Shown one piece after another: positions 1 to 10,154 of a DNA stretch of 64,000 bases; position 1 is the first letter of the stretch; every line of letters begins with the position of its first letter. The stretch lies in contig CAVXWP010000008.1 in NCBI GenBank assembly GCA_963765495.1, positions 768,001 to 832,000 on the forward strand, read 5' to 3'. Source of the stretch: Blastocatellia bacterium (GTDB lineage Bacteria; Acidobacteriota; Blastocatellia; UBA7656). The notes beneath the pieces are model-generated. The model was not told the DNA's origin. It made no database searches and worked only from the letters and a program-made list of their open reading frames with translations. The position numbers were made by a program, and so were the translations under genes.

Positions 1-399
1 GGCGAAGTCTTTGGCGCGCTGGCCGAACACGACATAGGCGTGGACATGATAATTCAGGCATTCCACGAAGACCGTTCGGTTAATGACATTACCTTTGTCG
101 TCAGGCGCGAAGATCTCGACGCGGCCAGAGGGTCTCTTGAAGAGATAGCCGCTCGCATAGGCGCAGAAGGCGTGCTCTGTGATCAGGATGTTGCAAAGGT
201 GAGCATAGTCGGCGCGGCACTTATGGATCACCCGCGTGTGGCTTCAAAGATGTTTTCGGCGCTCGGGGAAGCGGGCATCAATATAAAGATGATCTCGACC
301 TCCGACATTCGCATAAGCTGCGCCGTAAGCGAGCGTGATGCTGAAAGAGCCGTACAGATCGTTCACGACCTTTTCCATCTGGATGAAGAGAGTGTATGA
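1..399 (+). CDS. lysC: Aspartate kinase, C-terminal ACT domains (partial, 5' end outside window)
   Basis: Frame is open from the window edge. VDMIIQ...DITF and VAKVSIVG...ASKMFSALGEAGINIKMISTSDIRISC are typical aspartokinase ACT1/ACT2 motifs. Confidence 0.85.
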   Translation, partial: GEVFGALAEHDIGVDMIIQAFHEDRSVNDITFVVRREDLDAARGSLEEIAARIGAEGVLCDQDVAKVSIVGAALMDHPRVASKMFSALGEAGINIKMISTSDIRISCAVSERDAERAVQIVHDLFHLDEESV

Positions 400-430
400 G
401 TACTTCCGCAAGAGATTGGTAGAAATGAAA

Positions 431-543
431 TTGAATGAAAGGAAGTTTGGAATAGGCCGCGGATGCGGCGGATTCACGCGGATATGACAATTTATGATCT
501 AATCCGCGAAGGTCCGCCACATCCGCGCCCGTCCCGGCCTATT
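431..543. repeat. Degenerate internal fragment of the MITE family (GCGGAT hairpin)
   Basis: AATAGGCCGCGGATGCGGCGGATTCACGCGGAT...ATCCGCGCCCGTCCCGGCCTATT. The loop and the upstream TTGAATGAAAGG segment align with the interior of 18703-18925. Confidence 0.75.
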
Positions 544-646
544 TTTGATTACCCTGCTTTGGAGCTTCTTTTGTACCAATCTCTTGCATTTCGATCTAGA
601 AAGTGAGACATGCTTTCTTCCCAACCATTCATATTCGGAGCGTTAG

Positions 647-2338
647 ATGAAACTTGCCGCGATTGATATCGGTTCAAATTCGATCCATCTGGTAGTCGTG
701 CAAGCCGAGCAGGGCCGCCATATGGAAATTATTGACCGGGAAAAAGAGATGGCCCGCCTCGGCGCAGGGACTCTGCGCGAGCACAGGCTGTCGGAAGAGA
801 CTATTGCCCGCGCTGTAACAACGCTCCGCCGGTTCAAACAGATTGCTGAATCCAACTCAGCGCAGCCTATCATTGCCACCGCTACATCGGCGGTGCGGGA
901 ATCGGTCAATGCTTACGAATTTCTTGAGGCCGTGAGAAAAAAAGTCGGCCTGAACGTTCAATTGCTGCCCGGCGTTGAAGAGGCGCGACTGATCGCGCTC
1001 GCCGTCTCGGAAGTCACAGATTTCGACGGTCGCCGCGCTCTGATTATCGACATCGGCGGAGGCTCTACCGAATTCATCATTACCGACGGGCGCACACCTG
1101 AATTGCTTATGTCCGTGCGGTTGGGCGCAGTCAGGCTTTCTGAGAAATTCATCACTACTGACCCTATTTCAAAGGGAGAGCGCGAACGCCTTGTGACAAC
1201 GATTAGAGCCGACCTGACGCGAGTCGCCTGGGAGATCAAGAATACGGGATTCGATTTCGTAGTGGGGACATCGGGGACAATCCTGAATCTGGCGGATATG
1301 GTTTCGCGCAACGAAGAGGAAGCCGACAGCGAGGGCGCATCGGGATTTGATTCTTTCATCCATACAATCGGATATGATCGACTGGTAGAAATGAACCAGA
1401 AATTGAGCGGCATGACGCTAAGAAAGCGCCGACGCGTGCCGGGACTTGAAAAGGGTCGCGCAGACATTATTGTAGCGGGCGGGCTTCTGCTTGAGACGAT
1501 ACTCTCCGAATTGGGGATACAGAGGATCACAAGCTGTGACTGGTCTTTGAGAGAAGGCGTTATACTCGATTACATCAGAAAACACTCTCCCGATCATCAA
1601 GGAGCCGGACCTCTGACGGAGTCTGTTCTGACAACTCCGGGTGGGCCAAGCCGACAATTGATGGATCAGATCATCGACGGCTCGGCAAGCGACGTTCGGA
1701 CCAGGTCTGTGCTGTCGCTTGCGAGGCGATATGATTATGATGCGAAACATTCGCATCACATAGCGCGACTTGCGGCAAAGATTTTCGATGATACCGTAAC
1801 GCTCCACGGCATGGGCGAACAGGAGCGCAAGATGCTGCTTTACGCCGCGATTCTTCACGACATCGGCTATCATATCGCCCCGGGCAACCATCATCGTCAT
1901 AGCCTTTATCTGATAAAGAACTCCGAGATGCCTGGATTTACCGGAAATGAAATCGCGTTACTTGCCACGATAGTCAGGTATCATCGCGGTTCGCTCCCCA
2001 GAAAGACCGATGACATTCGCCTTATCCACGATCACGATGATTTCTGGATGCTTAGAAGAGCAAATCGAAAACGGGCGCTTAAACTCGCCTCCATCCTCCA
2101 GATCGCCGATGGACTCGACCGCTCCTACAGTCAGAAGGTGAGCGGAGTCGCCTGCGATGTAAAAGGACGAAAGATTACCTTTAATGTCGAATGCTTTGAC
2201 GAATGCGATCTTGAAATATGGTCTGCCGAACGAAAGGCCCGATGGTTTGCCGAAATATTCCGCGCCCGAGTCAAATTCAAGCGTTCGATGGCGAAAGCTG
2301 CCCTTAAAGATTCGCCTGAACAGATGCATTTGTCTTGA
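647..2338 (+). CDS. ppx: Ppx/GppA exopolyphosphatase with C-terminal HD domain
   Basis: AAIDIGSNSIHL, ATSAVRE, GVEEARL, IDIGGGSTE, RADII and LREG motifs, plus AAILHDIG and ADGLD HD-domain motifs. Confidence 0.92.
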   Translation: MKLAAIDIGSNSIHLVVVQAEQGRHMEIIDREKEMARLGAGTLREHRLSEETIARAVTTLRRFKQIAESNSAQPIIATATSAVRESVNAYEFLEAVRKKVGLNVQLLPGVEEARLIALAVSEVTDFDGRRALIIDIGGGSTEFIITDGRTPELLMSVRLGAVRLSEKFITTDPISKGERERLVTTIRADLTRVAWEIKNTGFDFVVGTSGTILNLADMVSRNEEEADSEGASGFDSFIHTIGYDRLVEMNQKLSGMTLRKRRRVPGLEKGRADIIVAGGLLLETILSELGIQRITSCDWSLREGVILDYIRKHSPDHQGAGPLTESVLTTPGGPSRQLMDQIIDGSASDVRTRSVLSLARRYDYDAKHSHHIARLAAKIFDDTVTLHGMGEQERKMLLYAAILHDIGYHIAPGNHHRHSLYLIKNSEMPGFTGNEIALLATIVRYHRGSLPRKTDDIRLIHDHDDFWMLRRANRKRALKLASILQIADGLDRSYSQKVSGVACDVKGRKITFNVECFDECDLEIWSAERKARWFAEIFRARVKFKRSMAKAALKDSPEQMHLS

Positions 2339-2439
2339 GAGATGAGCGTTCTTCGGGATTTGAACCGTTCGCTCTATATTTTGCCTTAACAATAATGCCT
2401 TAAATCGCTGTATGTGCTGTGTTTTTGGAATCAAGTTTA

Positions 2440-2468
2440 TTGACACTGAAGCCGTAAATGCATAACAT
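2440..2468 (+). promoter_or_regulatory. Putative sigma70 promoter for the ihf-merR unit
   Basis: TTGACA (2440-2445), 17-bp spacer, TAACAT (2463-2468). Confidence 0.5.
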
Positions 2469-2575
2469 AGTCCAGACGCGATTGTAGAATCAGGCAATCG
2501 TCGGAAGATGTTGCGAGGTTTTTGGTGGATGCTTGGCCGCGCGATAAATACTGCGACCAGGGGACCAATCCCGGC

Positions 2576-2845
2576 ATGACCAAAGCTGATCTCGCAAGAA
2601 GAATCTCAGAGAAACATGGGAATATCACCAGACGCGAGGCTTTACGTCTGGTCAATCTGGTATTTGATCTCATCAAGCTGCGATTACAGGAAGGCGAGAG
2701 CTTGCACATAGTCGGGTTCGGCACATTTGAGGTGATCTCTCGCAAACCGAGAACCGGGCGAAACCCTATCACTGGCGAGCCCATCGAATTGCCCGGTCAT
2801 CGCGCTCTGGTTTTCCGGCCTTCGCGCTCCCTGAGATCGGTTTGA
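2576..2845 (+). CDS. ihfA: IHF/HU family DNA-binding protein (IHF alpha-like)
   Basis: MTKADL start at 2576, GFGTFEV and RTGRNPITGEPIELP motifs, upstream of a MerR gene as in the common ihfA-merR-tRNA-Pro arrangement. Confidence 0.8.
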   Translation: MTKADLARRISEKHGNITRREALRLVNLVFDLIKLRLQEGESLHIVGFGTFEVISRKPRTGRNPITGEPIELPGHRALVFRPSRSLRSV

Positions 2846-2885
2846 CGAGCCTGCGAGGAGTTCATAGCTTGTCTTCGAGACCACT

Positions 2886-3428
2886 ATGGAAGTGAGATCA
2901 AGAATCCCGGAAAAGCTCTTCTTCCGAATCGGAGAGGTCTGCGAATTGATAAAGGTGCAGCCGCATGTTCTCCGCTACTGGGAGACGGAGTTCCCCATGC
3001 TCGCTCCCCAGAAAAACCGCGCAGGCCAGCGCGTATATCGCCGCAAGGATGTCGAGATGGTGATGCGGATACGCGATCTTCTTTATGAAGAAAAGTTCAC
3101 CATAGCCGGCGCGAAGAAGAAATTGATGGATGAAATACGCGGAGGTTCCCCGCGTTCGAAGACATCACCAAAAGAGACCCCGGCAAAAGAGACGCAAGCA
3201 GACCAGCCCGAACAACCCATGACAGCAAAACCCGCCGAAGCCACCGAAGAAGCAGCCAGACCGGTCGAAACCAGCCCCTCACAGGCAATTGAACCGCCAG
3301 TTGGGTCTTCCGTTGAGTCTCCCACTCCCGCCCTTCCTCCCAGATCGCAGAGGGCCATAAGAATGATAAAACGCGATCTTGAGGAGTTGTTGACAATGCT
3401 CAACACGGATGCTAGCATCAGGAGTTGA
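2886..3428 (+). CDS. MerR-family transcriptional regulator
   Basis: [12 protein letters not shown]...[11 protein letters not shown]...GQRVY HTH followed by a Pro/Glu-rich linker. Confidence 0.9.
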   Translation: MEVRSRIPEKLFFRIGEVCELIKVQPHVLRYWETEFPMLAPQKNRAGQRVYRRKDVEMVMRIRDLLYEEKFTIAGAKKKLMDEIRGGSPRSKTSPKETPAKETQADQPEQPMTAKPAEATEEAARPVETSPSQAIEPPVGSSVESPTPALPPRSQRAIRMIKRDLEELLTMLNTDASIRS

Positions 3429-3453
3429 TCACGGCAGAATATAGCCGACCGTA

Positions 3454-3531
<78 letters not shown>

Positions 3532-3627
3532 AGATTCTCAACCCAGAACATAAGACCAAAGACGAAAAACCCTCGGTTTGGATTAGGGGCTTCGGTCTGG
3601 TAAGCTTGGTTCTGGGTCTAATTATTT

Positions 3628-4392
3628 ATGCCAAAGATACTTGTAACAAACGATGACGGGATACATTCGGCAGGTATTGTCGCGCTCGCCGAATCGCTTC
3701 AAACCATAGGCGATGTGGTTGTTGTCGCGCCCGCGCACGAGATGAGCGCGGCTTCACACTCGCTTACATTGATGCGCCCTCTGAGAGTACAAAAGATCGA
3801 TGACGCGCATTATTCGATAGATGGAACTCCGACCGATTGCGTCACGATGGCGATGAACCTGATACTCAAAGAGGACCCGCCCGATCTTGTGGTTTCGGGA
3901 ATAAACAAGGGCGGCAATCTCGGCGATGATGTGACCTATTCGGGAACCGTCGCGGGCGCGCTGGAAGCCTCTATCTACGGATTGCCGGGAATCGCAATAA
4001 GCCTCGTTCAACGAACCAATTTTGATTTTACCCACGCAGCGGAATTGGCTCGAGAACTTGCGCGCCGCGTCCTCGGAGACGGGCTTCCTCGCGGCACGCT
4101 GCTAAATGTCAATGTGCCGCCCGGCCCTATCCGCGAAGTGATTATTACGAGACAGGGCAACAAGATTATCCGCCCGACCATCATCGAAGGCACCGATCCG
4201 CGCCAGCGCCAGTATTACTGGATCGGTGAAGAAGCGTTCACCTGGAACGAGGAAGAAGGCACTGATTACGAAGCAGTGCGCCACGGCAATGTTTCAATCA
4301 CCCCGCTCCGCAACGACCTTACCGATTATCGTATGCTCGATGACATCAGGTCGAGGGATTGGGATATAACACTGGAAATACAATCGAAATGA
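3628..4392 (+). CDS. surE: 5'/3'-nucleotidase SurE
   Basis: ILVTNDDG, GTPTDCV, SGINKGGNLG, YSGTV and LNVNVP motifs. Confidence 0.96.
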   Translation: MPKILVTNDDGIHSAGIVALAESLQTIGDVVVVAPAHEMSAASHSLTLMRPLRVQKIDDAHYSIDGTPTDCVTMAMNLILKEDPPDLVVSGINKGGNLGDDVTYSGTVAGALEASIYGLPGIAISLVQRTNFDFTHAAELARELARRVLGDGLPRGTLLNVNVPPGPIREVIITRQGNKIIRPTIIEGTDPRQRQYYWIGEEAFTWNEEEGTDYEAVRHGNVSITPLRNDLTDYRMLDDIRSRDWDITLEIQSK

Positions 4393-5066
4393 GATCGCCT
4401 CGCCTAAATGAAGTGTACCCCGGAGCCAATCTTTATCAATCACAACGCGCTCGCATGGTAGATTTGCTCAGACAACGCGGCATCCGAGACGAGCGCGTGC
4501 TTGAGGCGATGCTCGCTATCCCCCGACATACGTTTGTTCCAGAGGCGCTTGAAGCAAAGGCTTACGGCGATCACGCGCTGCCCATAGGGCAGTTCCAGAC
4601 CATATCCCAGCCCTACATGGTCGCTCGAATGACGGAACTGATCGAAGTAGACAAAAACTCGACTGTGCTGGAAATCGGGGCCGGGTGCGGGTATCAGACT
4701 TCGGTGCTTTCAAGCGTAGCCGGGCGCGTCTTTGCCATAGAGCGAATCAGTGATCTGGCGCGAACTGCACAGGCAAACATCAGGCAACTGGGCTGTTATA
4801 ACGCTACGGTTAAATGGTTCGACGGAACTATAGGCTGGAGCGACCACGCCCCCTACGATGCGATTCTCGTGGCCGCCGGAAGCCCTAAAATCCCTGAGCC
4901 CCTCGTTGCTCAACTCGCTGTTGGCGGCAGGCTGGTTATTCCAATAGGCGATGAAGAGAAACAGACGCTTGTGCGTGTGATAAGAACGGAAAGGGGGACC
5001 ATCCGCGAAGAACACGGCCTGTGCCAGTTCGTCAAATTGATAGGCCGTCACGGCTGGGAACCTTGA
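4389..5066 (+). CDS. pcm: Protein-L-isoaspartate O-methyltransferase
   Basis: PRHTFV, QTISQPYMVA and VLEIGAGCGYQ motifs; ATGA overlap with the surE stop. Confidence 0.95.
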   Translation: MRSPRLNEVYPGANLYQSQRARMVDLLRQRGIRDERVLEAMLAIPRHTFVPEALEAKAYGDHALPIGQFQTISQPYMVARMTELIEVDKNSTVLEIGAGCGYQTSVLSSVAGRVFAIERISDLARTAQANIRQLGCYNATVKWFDGTIGWSDHAPYDAILVAAGSPKIPEPLVAQLAVGGRLVIPIGDEEKQTLVRVIRTERGTIREEHGLCQFVKLIGRHGWEP

Positions 5067-5126
5067 AACGTTTCTTCTCCGATCACCGTGTCAACTACTC
5101 ATTGATTTTTACATGTTTGAGGCTAT

Positions 5127-5837
5127 ATGGAATGGATTAGCTACTTCATAGACCTGTTTCTACATCTGGATAAACATTTGAATGAAGTGATTCAGGATTA
5201 TGGCATCTGGACTTATCTGATACTGTTTCTGATTATCTTCTGCGAGACCGGCCTCGTTGTAACACCAATACTGCCGGGCGATTCGCTTCTTTTTGCGGCG
5301 GGCGCTCTCTCAGCCACTACGGGCAGCCCGCTCAATCCCGTGGTGCTCTTCCTGCTCCTGTCGGTCGCGGCCATCCTCGGCGACACCGTTAATTACTGGA
5401 TAGGCGCATACGTTGGGCCAAAGGTGTTTCAAAAAGAGAAAGTCCGATTCTTCAAAAAAGAGTACCTTGTGCGCACTCACGAGTTTTATGAAAAACACGG
5501 TGGAAAGACCATCATTATAGCCCGATTCATCCCGATTATTCGCACCTTCGCTCCATTCGTCGCCGGAATCGGCAGCATGACTTACTGGCACTTTATCGGC
5601 TTTAACATAGCAGGGGGATTACTCTGGGTAGCAGTTACCATTTTTTCAGGCTATCTGTTTGGCAACATCCCTTTTGTGAAGAACAATTTTTCTATTGTTA
5701 TAATAGCAATCGTTTTTATCTCAGTTTTGCCCGGCATAATCGAATATATCCGCCAGCGAAGCAGAGGTTCTGAGCGAGACGGCATAGCTCAGGATGAAAA
5801 ACAGACCAATCAGGTCATTGACTCGGCAAGCAAATAA
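5127..5837 (+). CDS. dedA: DedA family membrane protein
   Basis: [20 protein letters not shown] and [16 protein letters not shown] motifs. Confidence 0.92.
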   Translation: MEWISYFIDLFLHLDKHLNEVIQDYGIWTYLILFLIIFCETGLVVTPILPGDSLLFAAGALSATTGSPLNPVVLFLLLSVAAILGDTVNYWIGAYVGPKVFQKEKVRFFKKEYLVRTHEFYEKHGGKTIIIARFIPIIRTFAPFVAGIGSMTYWHFIGFNIAGGLLWVAVTIFSGYLFGNIPFVKNNFSIVIIAIVFISVLPGIIEYIRQRSRGSERDGIAQDEKQTNQVIDSASK

Positions 5838-5972
5838 ACCGGGCAATTTAGGTCTTAGATTTACCTGCCGAGATCGTAGAAACCTATTGACCTTTGGCGG
5901 ATCGCGCACCGAGACTGAGATTTCAAATCTCTGATCTCAAATAGCCCCAAATCTTAAACGGAGGCAGAGGTA

Positions 5973-7652
5973 ATGCCTATAATTGCAGCCGCAGAAGCTG
6001 CCAGCAGTGGTCCAGAGACTCATTCAGCCATAACCATTTTCATAATCCTGCTTCTGATCGCGGCTGTTGTGGCGATGGCCACCAAATGGATAAATGTTCC
6101 ATACACGCTGGCGCTCGTCATCATAGGGCTGCTGATCAGCCCTATGCACTTCATCCCAGCCGTGCATATCTCGCCGGCCTTGATCTTGCTTATATTTCTG
6201 CCTGCCCTTCTGTTTGAAGCAGCCTGGAATCTCAAACTCGATCACCTGCGCGAGAATATTTTTCCCATTATGACGCTAGCCATCTGGGGAGTCTGCACCT
6301 CAGTCGGTGTCATAGGGTTGATCCTGCATCTCGGCATAGGGCTCTCCTGGTCGCTTGCCCTGCTTTACGGAGCTATGATCTCGGCAACCGATCCTGTCTC
6401 GGTGCTTGCCCTGTTTAAGAAACTAGGAGCGCCAAAACGGCTGAACACAATCGTAGAAGGGGAAAGCCTCTTCAACGACGGCACGGCTGTCGTCGTATTC
6501 AAAATCATTCTGGGCATAATAATCGGCACTACGGCGGGCTCGACAGGAACGATTGTTTTAGGCTCTTTGCGTGAGTTTGCGCTGGTAGTATTTGGCGGGC
6601 TTGCGGTTGGCGCGGCGGTCGGGATGATAGCCTCAATAGTGACGGCCTATTTTGACGACCATCTTCTTGAGATCATGTTGACGACCATCGCTGCATACGG
6701 CTCGTTTCTGCTCGCCGAAGAATTGCTGCACGTTTCCCCCGTAATAGCAGTTCTTGTGGCCGGGTTGATAATAGGAAATTACGGGCGCGAAAAGGGGATG
6801 TCGCCAACAACTCAGATCGCAGTCAATTCGTTCTGGGAGTTCGCGGCATTCGTAGTTAACTCGCTGGTCTTTTTGTTGATCGGGTTGGAGGTTCAGATTT
6901 CGATGCTGGCCGAGAATGCCTGGCCGATAGCCTGGGCGGTGCTTGCAATGCTTGCGGCTCGGATGGTGGCGATTTACACGCTAGTTCCGCTCGCGAACCG
7001 ATTCTCTCATCCGGTGCCGTTCAGATGGCAGCACGTTTTATTCTGGGGAGGGCTTCGCGGGTCTCTGTCGATGGCTCTCGTACTCAGCCTGCCAACTGAA
7101 ATCCCGGGTAGGCCTCAACTTGTTGTGTTGATATTCGGCACTGTCATCTTCAGCCTTCTCGCACAGGGTTTGACTATCTCGCCACTTCTCAGATGGCTCG
7201 GAATCACAAAAGCCGAGCCGGAATGCAACCGGTATGAATATTTGCACGGACAACTCCTGACCGAAGCAGCCGCCCTGACAGAACTCGACAATCTTCATCA
7301 TCGCGGTTTGATAACGGCGCGGGTCTTCGACGGGTTGCAAAAGGAATTGTCCGAGGATTATCAGGAGTTGAACAAAAAGCTGGCGCTACTCGGCGCAGAA
7401 GAGAGAGAAGTCGAGCAGGATCAGCAGAAGCGAATCAGGCTTCATCTGCTTAATATAAGAAAGGCCCGTCTCAACGAACTCCTCAGAGAAGGCGTCATAT
7501 CCGAAGCTGCCTACAACGAATTAAACGAGCACGTGGACGATGAGATGGCCCGACTCCATTCTGACGTAGATTTGCCGGAACTTATTTCTGAGATCGCCGA
7601 ACACGAAAAAACAATGGACATAGCCAACGATATCGAAGAGGGCTCAACCTAA
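5973..7652 (+). CDS. CPA1 (NhaP-type) Na+/H+ antiporter
   Basis: ATDPVSV, EGESLFNDG and GGLRG motifs; many TM helices and a soluble C-terminal tail. Confidence 0.9.
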   Translation: MPIIAAAEAASSGPETHSAITIFIILLLIAAVVAMATKWINVPYTLALVIIGLLISPMHFIPAVHISPALILLIFLPALLFEAAWNLKLDHLRENIFPIMTLAIWGVCTSVGVIGLILHLGIGLSWSLALLYGAMISATDPVSVLALFKKLGAPKRLNTIVEGESLFNDGTAVVVFKIILGIIIGTTAGSTGTIVLGSLREFALVVFGGLAVGAAVGMIASIVTAYFDDHLLEIMLTTIAAYGSFLLAEELLHVSPVIAVLVAGLIIGNYGREKGMSPTTQIAVNSFWEFAAFVVNSLVFLLIGLEVQISMLAENAWPIAWAVLAMLAARMVAIYTLVPLANRFSHPVPFRWQHVLFWGGLRGSLSMALVLSLPTEIPGRPQLVVLIFGTVIFSLLAQGLTISPLLRWLGITKAEPECNRYEYLHGQLLTEAAALTELDNLHHRGLITARVFDGLQKELSEDYQELNKKLALLGAEEREVEQDQQKRIRLHLLNIRKARLNELLREGVISEAAYNELNEHVDDEMARLHSDVDLPELISEIAEHEKTMDIANDIEEGST

Positions 7653-7656
7653 AAGG

Positions 7657-7742
7657 CAGGACCGTTCGGTATTCCAACCTCTAAAACTGAGAGATTGAAA
7701 TAGGCCAGGATGGACGCGGATCGGGCGGATTTACGCGGATCT
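7657..7742. repeat. One-ended degenerate fragment of the MITE family
   Basis: CAGGACCGTTCGGTATTCCAA matches the reverse complement of the MITE right end at 17/21. It starts 42 nt before AATAGGCC, the same spacing as in 18703-18925. Confidence 0.7.
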
Positions 7743-7807
7743 AACCTTAGCTGGTTTAATTCCTAACCCATAAAGGAGATGAGGGGCAAACCGAAACGAT
7801 CTCCGGT

Positions 7808-7835
7808 TCATCCCTCATCCCTCATCCCTCATCCC
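7808..7835. repeat. Tandem heptamer (TCATCCC)x4 between convergent genes
   Basis: Read directly; a partial complementary arm GATGAGGGG lies at about 7778-7786. Confidence 0.85.
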
Positions 7836-8471
7836 TCACTTATTGGGTTGCGGAGTAACGCGCAGGTATGGCTTCAGAGTCTTCCAGCCTGCCGGGAATT
7901 TGGCCTTCGCATCTTCGTCGGAAATAGCGGGCACGATAATGCAATCGTCGCCGTCTTTCCAGTTTACCGGCGTAGCCACGCTATGATTTGCCGTTAGCTG
8001 CAAAGAATCAATCACGCGCAGAATCTCGTCAAAGTTGCGGCCCGTGCTGGCCGGGTAGGTTATCATCAGCTTCACCTTTTTATCAGGGCCAATGACGTAG
8101 ACGGAACGCACCGTCAGCGTATCGTTGGCATTCGGGTGAATCATGTCATAGAGGTCCGATACTTTCCTGTCGCTGTCTGCGATTACAGGGAAATTCAAAG
8201 CCGTTCCCTGTGTCTCTTCAATGTCTGCGGCCCATCTCTTGTGCGAATCTACAGGGTCTACGCTGAGACCGATTACTTTAACGTTGCGTTTGTCAAACTC
8301 CGGTTTCTGCCGCGCAACTTCGCCAAGCTCGGTCGTGCAGACAGGAGTAAAATCCTTCGGGTGAGAGAACAAAATTGCCCAGCTATCGCCAAGCCATTCG
8401 TGGAAACTGACCGGGCCTTCTGTAGTCTCTGCGGTAAAGTCAGGTGCGGTATCGCCTAAACGAATCGCCAT
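7836..8471 (-). CDS. 1-Cys peroxiredoxin (Prx6 family)
   Basis: FSHPKDFTPVCTTELG, YPASTGRNFDE and ATPVNW motifs; start at MAIRLGD with an upstream AGGAG. Confidence 0.93.
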   Translation of the reverse strand: MAIRLGDTAPDFTAETTEGPVSFHEWLGDSWAILFSHPKDFTPVCTTELGEVARQKPEFDKRNVKVIGLSVDPVDSHKRWAADIEETQGTALNFPVIADSDRKVSDLYDMIHPNANDTLTVRSVYVIGPDKKVKLMITYPASTGRNFDEILRVIDSLQLTANHSVATPVNWKDGDDCIIVPAISDEDAKAKFPAGWKTLKPYLRVTPQPNK

Positions 8472-8671
8472 CGTCTTTCTCCTTTCACTGCCTTGTTTTT
8501 CTAAAGGGAATCTACTTGCCGCCTGGCAAGAGAGAATGAATGCCGACACTTTTTGTCCATGAATCAGGTAACAATGGGGCGCTTCATTCCGAACCGGGTG
8601 AGCGGTCCTCTATTTGATTTGCTCGCCATGCCTCAACCTTAATCCCAGCCCTCTTGATTTGTCAATCCGGG

Positions 8672-9469
8672 TTAGGGTTTACGAACCGGAAAGGCGGGAG
8701 CTAAATCCGAAAGGGTCTCGTTCGGCAAGTAAACGACTCGTTCGAGAAACAACCCCGATGGCGGGGCCGTGTGCCGGGCCACATCAAAAACTCGTTTTTC
8801 CTTCCCGTCAGGCTCAAGCAGGGCGGCGAAATCGTCTGCGCTCAATGCGCCTCTCCCAACTTCAACGAGTGTGCCTACGATTCGTCGAACCATCTTCCAT
8901 AAGAAATGCGAAGCCTCGATCCGAAAGAGCAAAAGGTTTCCGTCCTCTGCAAGCACCGTCTGATTTACCCTCACCAACGTAGACGCTTCTCCCTCGCGGT
9001 GTTCGGAAAAAATCTTGAAGTCATGCATCCCAATCAGTGCCTGCGAGGCCAAAAGCATCTGTTGCATATCGAGCCTATCTCTGACCCACCATACAAATCG
9101 TTTTGCAAATGCAGTGCGGCGAGTCGAAATCTGGTAAAGATAACAACGTCTGAGCGCGTCCCTTCGAGGATCAAAATTCGGATTGGCCTCTTCGGCTTTC
9201 AGTATATCGATGTCGGCAGGCAAACGGTCATTCAGGTTTCGTACCAGATCGCTCCCGCGTACGCTCTTCTTAAATCGCAGTCGGGCTACCTGCGCCAATG
9301 CGTGCACGCCGGAATCGGTCCTGCCCGCGCCCGAAACGTCGACCGGCCCTCCAAGAAAATCTATCGAGGCCCGGCGCAGTTCTCCCGCAACGGTCCGGGC
9401 GTTTTTCTGCTCCTGCCATCCGTGATAACGCGTCCCCTCATACTCAACAGTTACTTTCCAGGTAGGCAA
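8672..9469 (-). CDS. truA: tRNA pseudouridine(38-40) synthase
   Basis: YEGTRYHGWQ, GAGRTDSGVHA, FLWKMVR and APPSGLFL motifs. Confidence 0.92.
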   Translation of the reverse strand: MPTWKVTVEYEGTRYHGWQEQKNARTVAGELRRASIDFLGGPVDVSGAGRTDSGVHALAQVARLRFKKSVRGSDLVRNLNDRLPADIDILKAEEANPNFDPRRDALRRCYLYQISTRRTAFAKRFVWWVRDRLDMQQMLLASQALIGMHDFKIFSEHREGEASTLVRVNQTVLAEDGNLLLFRIEASHFLWKMVRRIVGTLVEVGRGALSADDFAALLEPDGKEKRVFDVARHTAPPSGLFLERVVYLPNETLSDLAPAFPVRKP

Positions 9470-9560
9470 TTTTTGGTTCTCCAGGACTCAGCTTGCTTGA
9501 TCATCCCCTTTATGTCAATCGAAATGGCCCTCTTTTTCACTCGCGCTTATTAGAAAGTGG

Positions 9561-9589
9561 TTGACAGAACCAATTTGCCAGTATAATAT
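9561..9589 (+). promoter_or_regulatory. Putative sigma70 promoter for the lrp-aminotransferase unit
   Basis: TTGACA at 9561; TATAAT at 9582 (15-bp spacer) or TAATAT at 9584 (17-bp spacer). Confidence 0.55.
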
Positions 9590-9626
9590 AAGTCTTGTTT
9601 GAATTTTCCTGTTATATCTCACCATT

Positions 9627-10118
9627 ATGCGATTTGATCAGATAGATTATAATATTCTAGACCTGTTACAGCAGGACGCTCGAATGACCCAGATGGAGAT
9701 AGCAACCGAGGTGGGTTTATCGCAGCCAGCCGTGGCCGAGCGGATGCGCAAGCTCGAACATCACGGCATAATCACGGGTTACGCGGCGCAGGTCAATGCG
9801 CGACTACTCGGGAAAGGTATCACTGCCTTTATCGGCGTAGCCATAGAGCATCCAAGTTACAGCAAGGAATTTTCGGAAAAGATATTAGAGATACCCGATA
9901 TCCTGGAATGCCACAGGGTAACGGGGAATGATTCTTATCTGCTGAAGGTAAAATCTGAAACGACGGAGAGTCTGGACAGGCTCATCTCCGGGGTGCGTTC
10001 GATTCCGGGTGTAACCCGAACGCTGACAACCATAGTCTTATCGTCGGTCAAGGAGGGAATGCGTGTTGAGCCGATAATAAAGCTCGAAGACCAGAATAAG
10101 AAACCTAATACGGGCTAG
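9627..10118 (+). CDS. Lrp/AsnC family transcriptional regulator
   Basis: IL.LLQQDAR...VGLS...ERMRKLE..GIITGY HTH and ECHRVTG..SYLLKV RAM domain. Confidence 0.93.
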   Translation: MRFDQIDYNILDLLQQDARMTQMEIATEVGLSQPAVAERMRKLEHHGIITGYAAQVNARLLGKGITAFIGVAIEHPSYSKEFSEKILEIPDILECHRVTGNDSYLLKVKSETTESLDRLISGVRSIPGVTRTLTTIVLSSVKEGMRVEPIIKLEDQNKKPNTG

Positions 10119-10154
10119 CCGTTGGGTCAGTCCACAGCCTGAAAAAGGAGCAAA

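Noticed and set aside
2429-2442. IHF autoregulatory site overlapping the -35 box
   Set aside because: AATCAA-N5-TTG has one base too many for the WATCAANNNNTTR consensus.
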